Shown here in pieces: positions 55,710 through 64,000 of a DNA stretch of 64,000 bases (positions are counted from its first letter, which is position 1; every line of letters starts with the position of its first letter). This DNA is from Candidatus Latescibacterota bacterium. Its GTDB lineage: Bacteria > Latescibacterota > Latescibacteria > Latescibacterales > Latescibacteraceae. The position numbers were made by a program, and so were the translations under genes. The notes beneath the pieces were generated by a model. The model was given only the letters and a program-made list of their open reading frames with translations, did no database searches and had not been told where the DNA came from. The DNA is taken from assembly GCA_963668435.2 (NCBI GenBank), contig CAXXSC010000008.1:1427476-1491475 (forward strand). Reading direction: 5' to 3'.

Positions 55710-56013
55710 CTAACACTCCGAATGGTAAACGTAAAGGTATGCCTTGAAACAGCACGGAATTTTCATCTAAAAAAAATAGCCCTTTCACACAAACAAAACA
55801 AGGCAATTTTGAACGCCAGGCATATTGCACCGACTGGCCAGAAAGACAAAAGAGCCTGCCCGGCAGAAATAAAGTTCAACAGTTTTTCATAATATTATTG
55901 TTTTTGAGGTAATATATGTATATATATTTAAGAGGCGTTAAAAAAGAACAGGCTTAAATCATAAAAAAAACTAAAATAATACGAAAATACCTGAATAAAA
56001 GCACAAAAAGTGA

Positions 56014-56042
56014 TTGACTTTCAAAATCACTTTGGTTATACT
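56014..56042 (+). promoter_or_regulatory. sigma70-like promoter candidate for cspA
   Basis: TTGACT, 17-nt spacer, TATACT. This implies a 5' UTR of about 150 nt. Confidence 0.5.
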
Positions 56043-56195
56043 ACTTTTTCATATTAGGGTATTAGCAGATAATAATGCTCTTTACTGCCTTGATATTATA
56101 GAAGTGGGGAATGTGGTTTTTCAAGCCCTCGGCCGGATTCCCCGATAAGATGAGGGTGAGCAGGGGCGTCAGCCCGAAAAGTAGGAGTAGCATTA

Positions 56196-56399
56196 ATGCC
56201 GACAGGAAGAGTCAAGTGGTTCAACGAGCAGAAAGGTTTTGGCTTCATTATCCCCGATGACGGCAGTGAAGACCTTTTTGTCCACTATTCCAGCATTCAG
56301 GGAGACGGTTTCCGTACCCTCCAGGAAGAGCAGGAAGTCGAGTTTGAAAAGGGCGAAGGCCAGAAGGGCCCGCAGGCCATGAACGTTCGCGTTATCTAA
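56196..56399 (+). CDS. cspA: cold-shock protein (CspA family)
   Basis: [15 protein letters not shown] (RNP1) and LFVHYSSI (RNP2). Confidence 0.92.
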   Translation: MPTGRVKWFNEQKGFGFIIPDDGSEDLFVHYSSIQGDGFRTLQEEQEVEFEKGEGQKGPQAMNVRVI

Positions 56400-56423
56400 C
56401 GCTCGGCTCACCGAATGCATTTA

Positions 56424-56457
56424 AGAGCCCCCTCATTTCGAGGGGGCTCTTTTTTTA
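56424..56457 (+). terminator. rho-independent terminator after cspA
   Basis: 10-bp stem GAGCCCCCTC / GAGGGGGCTC with a 5-nt loop and a T7 run. Confidence 0.8.
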
Positions 56458-56574
56458 TGATCCCCCCCTTAAGGCATGTTCATTCACTGTGACGGCTGTC
56501 ACTGCCAGATGGATATCCCCTCTTATATATTGCCGAAAAGCGATATTCGACAATTTAAACCCAGGAGGATATTC

Positions 56575-57462
56575 ATGAAAATCTTCAATATTGCCGGTAT
56601 TCTCGTCCTGACCATGCTTTTGGCCACGGCCTGTTCTGACAGTGACGACAGCAGCACATCGCCTGAAAACAATCCGGGCACTCTCAGAGTGCTGATTACA
56701 GACGCTCCGGCAACGTTCGATGCGGTCAATGTGACAATCAGCGAGGTTTCTGTCCATTACGGCGTCGAAGATGACAGCTCGAACGGCAGCGGCTCGGACA
56801 GCAGCGACGATAATGGAAACGGCATTGATAACAGCAATAGCGACAATGGCCAGGGAGGCACCGCGAAAGCTGCGCTTGACAGCGGGTGGATCACGCTTTC
56901 AAACGAGGCGCAGGAATTCGACCTTCTGACACTGACCAACGGGGCGACCGCACTTCTCGGCGAAAAGGAGCTCGAATCGGGCCTCTACACCCAGATGAGG
57001 CTTGAGGTGTCCGATGCCGAACTGATTATAGATGACGACAGCTATCCTGTAAAAATTCCCAGCGGCACGATTAAACTGATCCGGGGATTCGAAATCAATG
57101 ACGGTGTCACGACAGAACTCGTCGTGGATTTCGATGCCTCCCGCTCGATTCATGAAAAGGGCGGCAAAGGTGATTACCAATTACAGCCGACTATCCGCCT
57201 TGTCACCAGAAACGACTGCGGATCCATCAGCGGTACTGTCACAAATGCCGAACACGCGCCGCTCGCACATGCTATCGCTGGAGCCGATACGATAAACAGC
57301 GCATATATCGACACAGTTGACGGTACCTTCACCCTCGCCTTCCTTCCCACGGGCACATACACCGTGGCGGTCAGCGACACTCTCGGAAATTCCTATGAAA
57401 ATGCCGCTGTCACAGTCACAAAAGGAGACGATACGGTTCTGGGCGATATTACGCTGAAATAA
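56575..57462 (+). CDS. DUF4382-like lipoprotein
   Basis: ATG follows AGGAGGA. Lipobox LLATACS. GTLRVLITDAPATFDAVNVTISEVSVH...QEFDLLTL...IKLIRGFEI. Contains a D/S/G/N-rich insert. Confidence 0.7.
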   Translation: MKIFNIAGILVLTMLLATACSDSDDSSTSPENNPGTLRVLITDAPATFDAVNVTISEVSVHYGVEDDSSNGSGSDSSDDNGNGIDNSNSDNGQGGTAKAALDSGWITLSNEAQEFDLLTLTNGATALLGEKELESGLYTQMRLEVSDAELIIDDDSYPVKIPSGTIKLIRGFEINDGVTTELVVDFDASRSIHEKGGKGDYQLQPTIRLVTRNDCGSISGTVTNAEHAPLAHAIAGADTINSAYIDTVDGTFTLAFLPTGTYTVAVSDTLGNSYENAAVTVTKGDDTVLGDITLK

Positions 57463-57487
57463 ACACCCCTCATCGGCTTCTCCGTGG

Positions 57488-57526
57488 AAACCGTCCGGCG
57501 CACGTTGCCGGGCGGTTTCTTTTTTC
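57488..57526 (+). terminator. rho-independent terminator
   Basis: Stem AAACCGTCCGGC / GCCGGGCGGTTT (one G-U pair) with a 7-nt loop, then a T-run. Confidence 0.65.
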
Positions 57527-57727
57527 GGCACAGCACAATCCACCGATTTCGGTTGTTACAATATCGCTGACAGCATACACTGTTGTATATGAGTGTTGCG
57601 ATACGAGCCCGTTTGACAGCGGGCTTTTTCCTTTCTTTACAGCTGTTTGGACACACGGCAAGAAAAAGAGGTGGATAACGGGTATGACAAGTATTATTTT
57701 TCGGTGAACCTCAACAGGAGTGAACAC

Positions 57728-58729
57728 ATGCCCAAAGCGCTGATAACCGGGATCACCGGCCAGGACGGGTCCTATCTCGCGGAGTTTCTTCTCAGGAAAG
57801 GCTATGAAGTGTACGGCCTTATCCGGCGAAGCAGCTCTTTCAATACCGATCGTATCGATCACCTTTATCGTGATCCGCATCTGCCCGATGTCAAACTGAA
57901 ACTTATATACGGGGATCTCTCCGACGGCGGCAATTTAAGCTCGATTATCAATGATATCCGACCGGACGAGGTCTATAATCTCGGTGCACAGTCCCATGTG
58001 AGGGTCTCATTCGATCAGCCGGTCTACACTGCAAATGTGGATGCTCTCGGAACGCTGAGACTTCTCGAGGCGATCAGGATGACAGACTCGCCGATACGTT
58101 TCTACCAGGCATCCTCCAGTGAGATGTTCGGCAAGGTCCGGGAAACACCGCAGAAAGAAACGACGCCGTTCCATCCAAGAAGCCCCTACGGCTGCGCGAA
58201 AGTCTATTCCTACTGGCAGACAGTCAATTACCGGGAGGCCTATGGTCTTTTCACCTGCAACGGCATCCTGTTCAACCACGAGTCGCCTCGTCGCGGCGAG
58301 ACTTTTGTCACGCGGAAAATTACACGCGCCGCGACCCGCATCAAGCTGGGCCTTCAGAACAAGCTCTATCTCGGCAATCTCGACGCCCGTCGTGACTGGG
58401 GCTATGCCGGTGATTTCATTGAGGCTATGTGGCTGATGCTTCAGCAGGAGACACCGGAAGATTACGTGGTAGCAACAGGCGAAACCCATTCGATCAGGGA
58501 TTTCCTCGACGAGGCATTCGGTCAGCTCGATATCGACTGGCAGGAATATGTCGATATCGATCCGCGCTATTACCGCCCATCGGAGGTCGACCTTCTTATC
58601 GGTGACCCCGCGAAAGCGAAAAAAGTCCTCGGCTGGGAGCCGAAAGTCACATTCAAGGGCCTTGTCGCCATGATGGTCGAAGAAGACATGAAACTGGCGG
58701 AAAAAGAGAAACTTACCGGCTCGAACTGA
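57728..58729 (+). CDS. gmd: GDP-mannose 4,6-dehydratase
   Basis: [36 protein letters not shown]. Start moved to the internal ATG (the track starts at 57647). Confidence 0.92.
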   Translation: MPKALITGITGQDGSYLAEFLLRKGYEVYGLIRRSSSFNTDRIDHLYRDPHLPDVKLKLIYGDLSDGGNLSSIINDIRPDEVYNLGAQSHVRVSFDQPVYTANVDALGTLRLLEAIRMTDSPIRFYQASSSEMFGKVRETPQKETTPFHPRSPYGCAKVYSYWQTVNYREAYGLFTCNGILFNHESPRRGETFVTRKITRAATRIKLGLQNKLYLGNLDARRDWGYAGDFIEAMWLMLQQETPEDYVVATGETHSIRDFLDEAFGQLDIDWQEYVDIDPRYYRPSEVDLLIGDPAKAKKVLGWEPKVTFKGLVAMMVEEDMKLAEKEKLTGSN

Positions 58730-58757
58730 GAGCCGTTGACAATCATCAGGAATATAA

Positions 58758-59777
58758 ATGAATTATTTGAAACTGTTATGCATCCTCCCCGTTCTCGCCT
58801 GTGCCTGCGCGAAAAGCGAAACACCGACAACAGCCGAACGGTCGGGCAACCCTATTTTCGAGGGCTGGTATGCCGATCCCGAGGTCGCGGTTTTCGGTGA
58901 CGAGTACTGGATTTTTCCGACGTTTTCCGCGGCTTACGAGGAACAGGTCTTCCTCGACGCGTTCTCATCGAAAGACCTTGTCCATTGGGAGAAACACCCG
59001 GCAGTCATCGACACCAGCATCATAACCTGGGCCAACAAGGCCATGTGGGCGCCCTCGATAATCGACAAGGACGGCAAGTACTATCTCTTTTTCGGGGCCA
59101 ACGACATCCAGCGTCCAGGCGGCCCTCTCTGGGATGAAAACGATATATCAAGCCACACGGGCGGTATCGGTATCGCTGTCGCTGACTCGCCGGGAGGCCC
59201 GTACCGCGACTATCTCGAAAAACCGCTCGTCCCGGATTTTCACAATGATGCTCAACCGATCGACCAGTTCGTGTTCAGGGACAGTGACGGTGTATATTAC
59301 ATGATTTACGGCGGCTGGGGACACTGCAACATGACAAGGCTGAACGATGATTTCACCGGATTCCTCCCCTGGGGCGACGGCACGGTGTTTCGGGAGGTCA
59401 CCCCGGAGGGTTATGTCGAGGGACCAGTGATGTTCAAACGGAACGGCACGTATTATTTCATGTGGTCGGAGGGCGGCTGGACTGACGGCAGCTACAAGGT
59501 CGCCTACGCGATGGCGGATAAGGTCACCGGGCCGTTCAAACGGATCGGGACAATACTCCAGTCCGATGAATCTGTCGCCACGGGCGCAGGGCACAACTCG
59601 GTGTTGAATGTGCCGGGCAGCGACGACTGGTATATGGTATATCACAGAAGACCGATACCGAACGAGGACCGGGATCACCGCGTTTCATGCATCGACAGGC
59701 TCGAATTCAACGAGGACGGCACTATCAGGCAGGTGAAGATGACATTCGAGGGTGTCCGGGCAAGAACGATCCGCTGA
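58758..59777 (+). CDS. glycoside hydrolase family 43 lipoprotein
   Basis: Lipobox region VLACACAKS. GWYADPEVAVFGDEYWIFPT, MWAPSIIDKDGKYYLFF, VEGPVMFKRNGTYYFMWSEG. Confidence 0.85.
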   Translation: MNYLKLLCILPVLACACAKSETPTTAERSGNPIFEGWYADPEVAVFGDEYWIFPTFSAAYEEQVFLDAFSSKDLVHWEKHPAVIDTSIITWANKAMWAPSIIDKDGKYYLFFGANDIQRPGGPLWDENDISSHTGGIGIAVADSPGGPYRDYLEKPLVPDFHNDAQPIDQFVFRDSDGVYYMIYGGWGHCNMTRLNDDFTGFLPWGDGTVFREVTPEGYVEGPVMFKRNGTYYFMWSEGGWTDGSYKVAYAMADKVTGPFKRIGTILQSDESVATGAGHNSVLNVPGSDDWYMVYHRRPIPNEDRDHRVSCIDRLEFNEDGTIRQVKMTFEGVRARTIR

Positions 59778-59825
59778 CAAACCTTGCGGCATTTCACATA
59801 ACAACACTTAGCGAAACGATACAGA

Positions 59826-60458
59826 ATGCAGATTATCGAAAAACTGAAACTGACACCGCTCTACGATATTTACAGCACACTGGCTGGAAGGAAAACCTAC
59901 GAGGACTGGAAGCGCGAAGGCATCCCCATCCCACCACCAAATGTGGTCAAACAGCATGTCGTCGCGGATTTCGGCAGCCGTTATAAACTGCGGACACTTA
60001 TCGAGACCGGCACCTATCTCGGGGAGATGATCAAGGCCATGCGGCAGCGTTTCGACCACATCCATTCGGTAGAAATCGATAACACTCTTGCGGAACGCGC
60101 CCGGCGTAAATTCGCCCGTCAAGGACATATCAGCATTCACGAGGGCGACAGCAGCAGTGTGCTGCCGACTATTCTCGAATCAGTGGACTCACCCTGTCTT
60201 TTCTGGCTCGACAGCCACTATTCAGGCGGACTCACTTCGAAGGGCGATCTCGAAACACCGATCATGCGCGAAATGGAACTCGTGTTCAGCCATCCAGTCG
60301 ACCGTCATGTCATTCTCATCGACGACGCCCGCAATTTCATCGGCGCTAACGATTATCCCACGATGGAAAGTTTCCGGGAATTTGTCCTTTCAAAACGGCC
60401 CGGCTGGACTTTCGAGGTCGAACACGATATCATCCGCATCCATCCCGGCGACGCATAA
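59826..60458 (+). CDS. probable class I SAM-dependent methyltransferase
   Basis: LIETGTYLGEMI (glycine-rich loop), SVEID, IHEGDS. Assignment is by pattern only. Confidence 0.55.
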   Translation: MQIIEKLKLTPLYDIYSTLAGRKTYEDWKREGIPIPPPNVVKQHVVADFGSRYKLRTLIETGTYLGEMIKAMRQRFDHIHSVEIDNTLAERARRKFARQGHISIHEGDSSSVLPTILESVDSPCLFWLDSHYSGGLTSKGDLETPIMREMELVFSHPVDRHVILIDDARNFIGANDYPTMESFREFVLSKRPGWTFEVEHDIIRIHPGDA

Positions 60459-60528
60459 AAAAAGCGCACAACAGCGGAGCAGGAGCTGTTCACCTGCTTA
60501 CGCCGTTGTGCGCCTGACAATTCTCCGC

Positions 60529-61500
<972 letters not shown>

Positions 61501-62880
61501 TTAATATCCGCGCTCGTTGAGAATCTGACGCATCTGGGTATTGTGCTCACCGCCCCAGAGCAGCGATCCCGAGAAATGGATACCCGGCGTGTTGCCCGTT
61601 TCGCGGATCATGGCCATTGCGATCTCGACCGAGGCAGCCCAGAGCGCTGTAACATTCATAATGCCGGAGGTAGGAGCAACCTTGCGGTCGATTCCGGGTA
61701 TGGCGTAAAGCCCCTGGGTATCATAGGACCGTCCGACATGAACATCGCTGAGCTTGGCGACCGTATCACCGCTGGGAACGCCGCCATCCGTGACAGGGCC
61801 GATCGTTGCGATAGTCATGCCACGTTTCCTGAACTCGGCGAGGCTGGCGAGATCGACAGGATCGGTGGGCTCGGTGCATCCCATAATAACCATATCACCG
61901 GATTCACCTGAAATATTGCCCTCATGGGCGATTTTCGGAAAGCCAAAACCACCACGGCGATGGTACCATTCCGAGGCAATCGATTCCCGGCGGCGGCTGT
62001 AGCCGTAGACACTGTGTCCGGAGGCGAGTGTTTTCGCCGCTTTTTCGGCCAGGGTGCGCATTTCACCCATCTCGGAACCAAGCAGACGCATCTGGCGGAT
62101 AACAGACGCGAAGAGGTTGTCAGTCAGGGGATCGGCGAGAGAAACACGCTTGACCTTGTCATCAAGTTTCGGCGAGTGGCCGCTGACCGTCACTTTTTCA
62201 CCCTCGAGACGGAGAATACGGCTGGCATCGGCGAGAATGGCCCAGAGGATAGTGAGATAGATGGGACCGCTGACCGGGCCGAGCGGTGCCGGTGAACCGG
62301 GGATATGCACCACGGCGCCTGTGCTTGTGATTCGGGTCTCGATCCAGATATCGGCGCACTGCCTGAAACGTGCCTCGCGAATCTCCGGGATATTTTTGTC
62401 GGCCTCAAGGCAGTCGCCGCTGACAGGCGCCGGGCCGCCGACGAGGAAGATATCTTTTTTCGCCACCTCGGCAATCATGTCGGCGCCGCCGGCGAAACTC
62501 GCCAACACCATATCGCCTTTTTTCATTTTCTTGACATCATAACCTGTCTGCATGATCTCGGGGAATCCCTCGCGGCCCTCGAATGTGTCAGCACTGGCGG
62601 TGTGCCCCTGGTCCCAGTGCGACCAGCAGGTGCGGCCGTTCCTGACAGTCCTCGAAAGCGCATATGCAGCCTCGAGGATGTTTTCCGACTGGTTACGGCG
62701 AATCCACTCGAGCATATCGACAACTTTCTCGACATAGGTCATGCCAGTCGGAGCACCACCGTACATCGGGGCATTAAACATCGGGCCCTGGCGTCGAGGT
62801 CTGGCTGTTGCCGAAGCGGCCATTGCGGCAAATCCAGCCGCGCTGAACGGTATCATGCGAATCATGTCACGTCGTTTCAT
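61501..62880 (-). CDS. hypothetical Tat-signal protein with two SIS-like half-domains
   Basis: N-terminus is MKRRDMIRMIPFSAAGFAAMAASATA. There is an internal duplication by eye: AAYALSRTVRNGRTCWSH...KKGDMVLASF...KDIFLVGG versus AEKAAKTLASGHSVYGY...SGDMVIMGC...RGMTIATIGP. Confidence 0.55.
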   Translation of the reverse strand: MKRRDMIRMIPFSAAGFAAMAASATARPRRQGPMFNAPMYGGAPTGMTYVEKVVDMLEWIRRNQSENILEAAYALSRTVRNGRTCWSHWDQGHTASADTFEGREGFPEIMQTGYDVKKMKKGDMVLASFAGGADMIAEVAKKDIFLVGGPAPVSGDCLEADKNIPEIREARFRQCADIWIETRITSTGAVVHIPGSPAPLGPVSGPIYLTILWAILADASRILRLEGEKVTVSGHSPKLDDKVKRVSLADPLTDNLFASVIRQMRLLGSEMGEMRTLAEKAAKTLASGHSVYGYSRRRESIASEWYHRRGGFGFPKIAHEGNISGESGDMVIMGCTEPTDPVDLASLAEFRKRGMTIATIGPVTDGGVPSGDTVAKLSDVHVGRSYDTQGLYAIPGIDRKVAPTSGIMNVTALWAASVEIAMAMIRETGNTPGIHFSGSLLWGGEHNTQMRQILNERGY

Positions 62881-62935
62881 CTGTTTTCTCCTGTCTATGG
62901 TGAAGTAACTTATTCGGCGGGAACGGCCTGTGGCC

Positions 62936-64000
62936 TCAACTTTGCTCCCGTTGAAATGTCATAGATGCAAAAGTCCTTTCCCAAATCCTGTCCCAGTCGA
63001 ATTCGGCACCGAAACGGACAGCATTCTCCCTCATAGAAACGTAATCTTTTGGATCATCGAGCAATCCGAGGATTGCTGCGGCAAGGCTTTTGCCGCTGTG
63101 CTCCACAATCACACCAGCGCCTTTCTCTGCCAGTTCCCGGGCTATAGGCGGCACATCGGTCACAAGTATCGGCAGTCCGGCGGCAAGGTACATCTTGATC
63201 TTGCCCGGATCTGAATAGAGCTTGTAACTGCCGTCATCAGGCGGATAGGTCGCCAGCGCCAAACCTGCCGAGCAGAGCTCATTGTAAATCTCCGCGCCAG
63301 TCTCGAGATAGCCAGTGAAACGGACATTAGCGGATACGCCGAGCTCTTCCGCCCGTGCCTCCAGAACAGCACGAAGCGGCCCGTCACCGGCAAAAACCAC
63401 CCTGGTTTCCGGATGTTTTTCCACAAGAAACGGCAGGGCCTCGAGAATCAGTCCGGGCCCGTGCTCCCCCCTGAGCGACCCGAAATAGACTATATCCGAG
63501 GCATTGACCTCGCCGGCATCCTTCCGAGTGAAATCACCGAAAGCACAGCCCAGCGGCACGGTTATCTGTTGAGCCGAACGGTCTTTCCTGATCCCGACCG
63601 ACTCACGCCCCTCAACCATGCGCGCCGAGACATTCCAGATAGCATCGGCATGATATGAGCAGAACTTGTTGAGTGTGTGGTATATCCTGTCGAGCAGGCG
63701 GTTTTCAAAACGCACGGGTGTAAAATCGATAACGTAATATACAACACGGCGAGTCCTTCCCAAAAGCTTAAGTACAAGTCCGGCGAAAGCGTTCAGGTTA
63801 TCGGCACATATCATGAGATCATGAACAGATCCGCTTTTCAGGACATAATAGAGTGTCAGAATAAAATCCTTGATGTAAAACAGGACAGAAGGCCCCCTGA
63901 AAAGCGGTGCGACAGTACATTTGACATGACCGCCATCGTCACTGTATTCATTGACCGTGGTATTTAAAGGAATAGTCGTTGAATCTGGAAAGGGATGAAG
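62936..64000 (-). CDS. GT4-type (GT-B) glycosyltransferase, 5' end beyond the window
   Basis: VVFAGDGPLRAVLEARAEELGVSANVRFTGYL...KMYLAAGLPILVTD. The frame stays open upstream of the track's Met (63814) to the window edge, so the gene is truncated by the window. Confidence 0.8.
   Translation of the reverse strand, partial: LHPFPDSTTIPLNTTVNEYSDDGGHVKCTVAPLFRGPSVLFYIKDFILTLYYVLKSGSVHDLMICADNLNAFAGLVLKLLGRTRRVVYYVIDFTPVRFENRLLDRIYHTLNKFCSYHADAIWNVSARMVEGRESVGIRKDRSAQQITVPLGCAFGDFTRKDAGEVNASDIVYFGSLRGEHGPGLILEALPFLVEKHPETRVVFAGDGPLRAVLEARAEELGVSANVRFTGYLETGAEIYNELCSAGLALATYPPDDGSYKLYSDPGKIKMYLAAGLPILVTDVPPIARELAEKGAGVIVEHSGKSLAAAILGLLDDPKDYVSMRENAVRFGAEFDWDRIWERTFASMTFQREQS

Noticed and set aside
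60464-60513. Possible bidirectional terminator between the methyltransferase gene and fcl
   Set aside because: A 9-bp stem GCGCACAAC / GTTGTGCGC exists, but it encloses a 32-nt loop and lacks a clear T-run. That is too weak to annotate.

Overview
The window is about 64 kb of bacterial chromosome. It probably comes from an uncultivated FCB-type lineage (Bacteroidota-related or candidate phylum). That placement is inferred from a T9SS-type C-terminal sorting domain and from DUF1573-, DUF4382-, DUF5683- and DUF5686-like proteins, and it is not proven. I found no rRNA, tRNA or CRISPR array by eye.

Layout:
- 0.5-4.8 kb: three tandem paralogs of Tat-signal lipoproteins of the N-acylglucosamine-2-epimerase (AGE) superfamily.
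- ~4.85-15.7 kb: a mosaic, partly AT-rich accessory island. It holds an intact IS4-family element with a 9-bp target duplication, an adjacent IS3-family element, and a D12-class adenine methyltransferase paired with an unknown HEPN-like protein. It also holds a gene interrupted by one TAG codon, a SAM methyltransferase and a three-gene module. That module encodes a Cys-rich peptide with a double-glycine-type leader, a secreted stand-alone C39 protease fused to DUF1573 Ig-like domains, and a LolA-like protein.
- 15.7-25.7 kb: core genes (XRE-cupin regulator, tdh, a secreted hydrolase, kbl, rpsU, cvpA, mutS2, rsgA, ispG).
- 25.8-31.9 kb: an outer-membrane gene triad (DUF4097-POTRA-Omp85 fusion, an exported bactofilin-like membrane protein, a DUF5686-like protein).
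- 32-39.5 kb: housekeeping genes (ROK glucokinase, Zn peptidase, GNAT, fmt, def, yajC, tgt, PAP2).
- 39.7-44.1 kb: an Mla/Pqi-like operon with no ATPase gene.
- 44.2-64 kb: an HD-GYP protein, a 1460-aa T9SS cargo protein, a glycan-utilisation set (transglutaminase-like protein, heparinase II/III, MFS sugar porter), cspA, and a GDP-fucose / glycosyltransferase cluster that runs off the window edge.

The best candidate for an undescribed system is the peptide / C39 / LolA-like module at 12.7-15.6 kb. The methyltransferase plus HEPN-like pair at 8.3-10.0 kb is second.

All calls rest on motif recognition by eye from the ORF translations. No database search was run.
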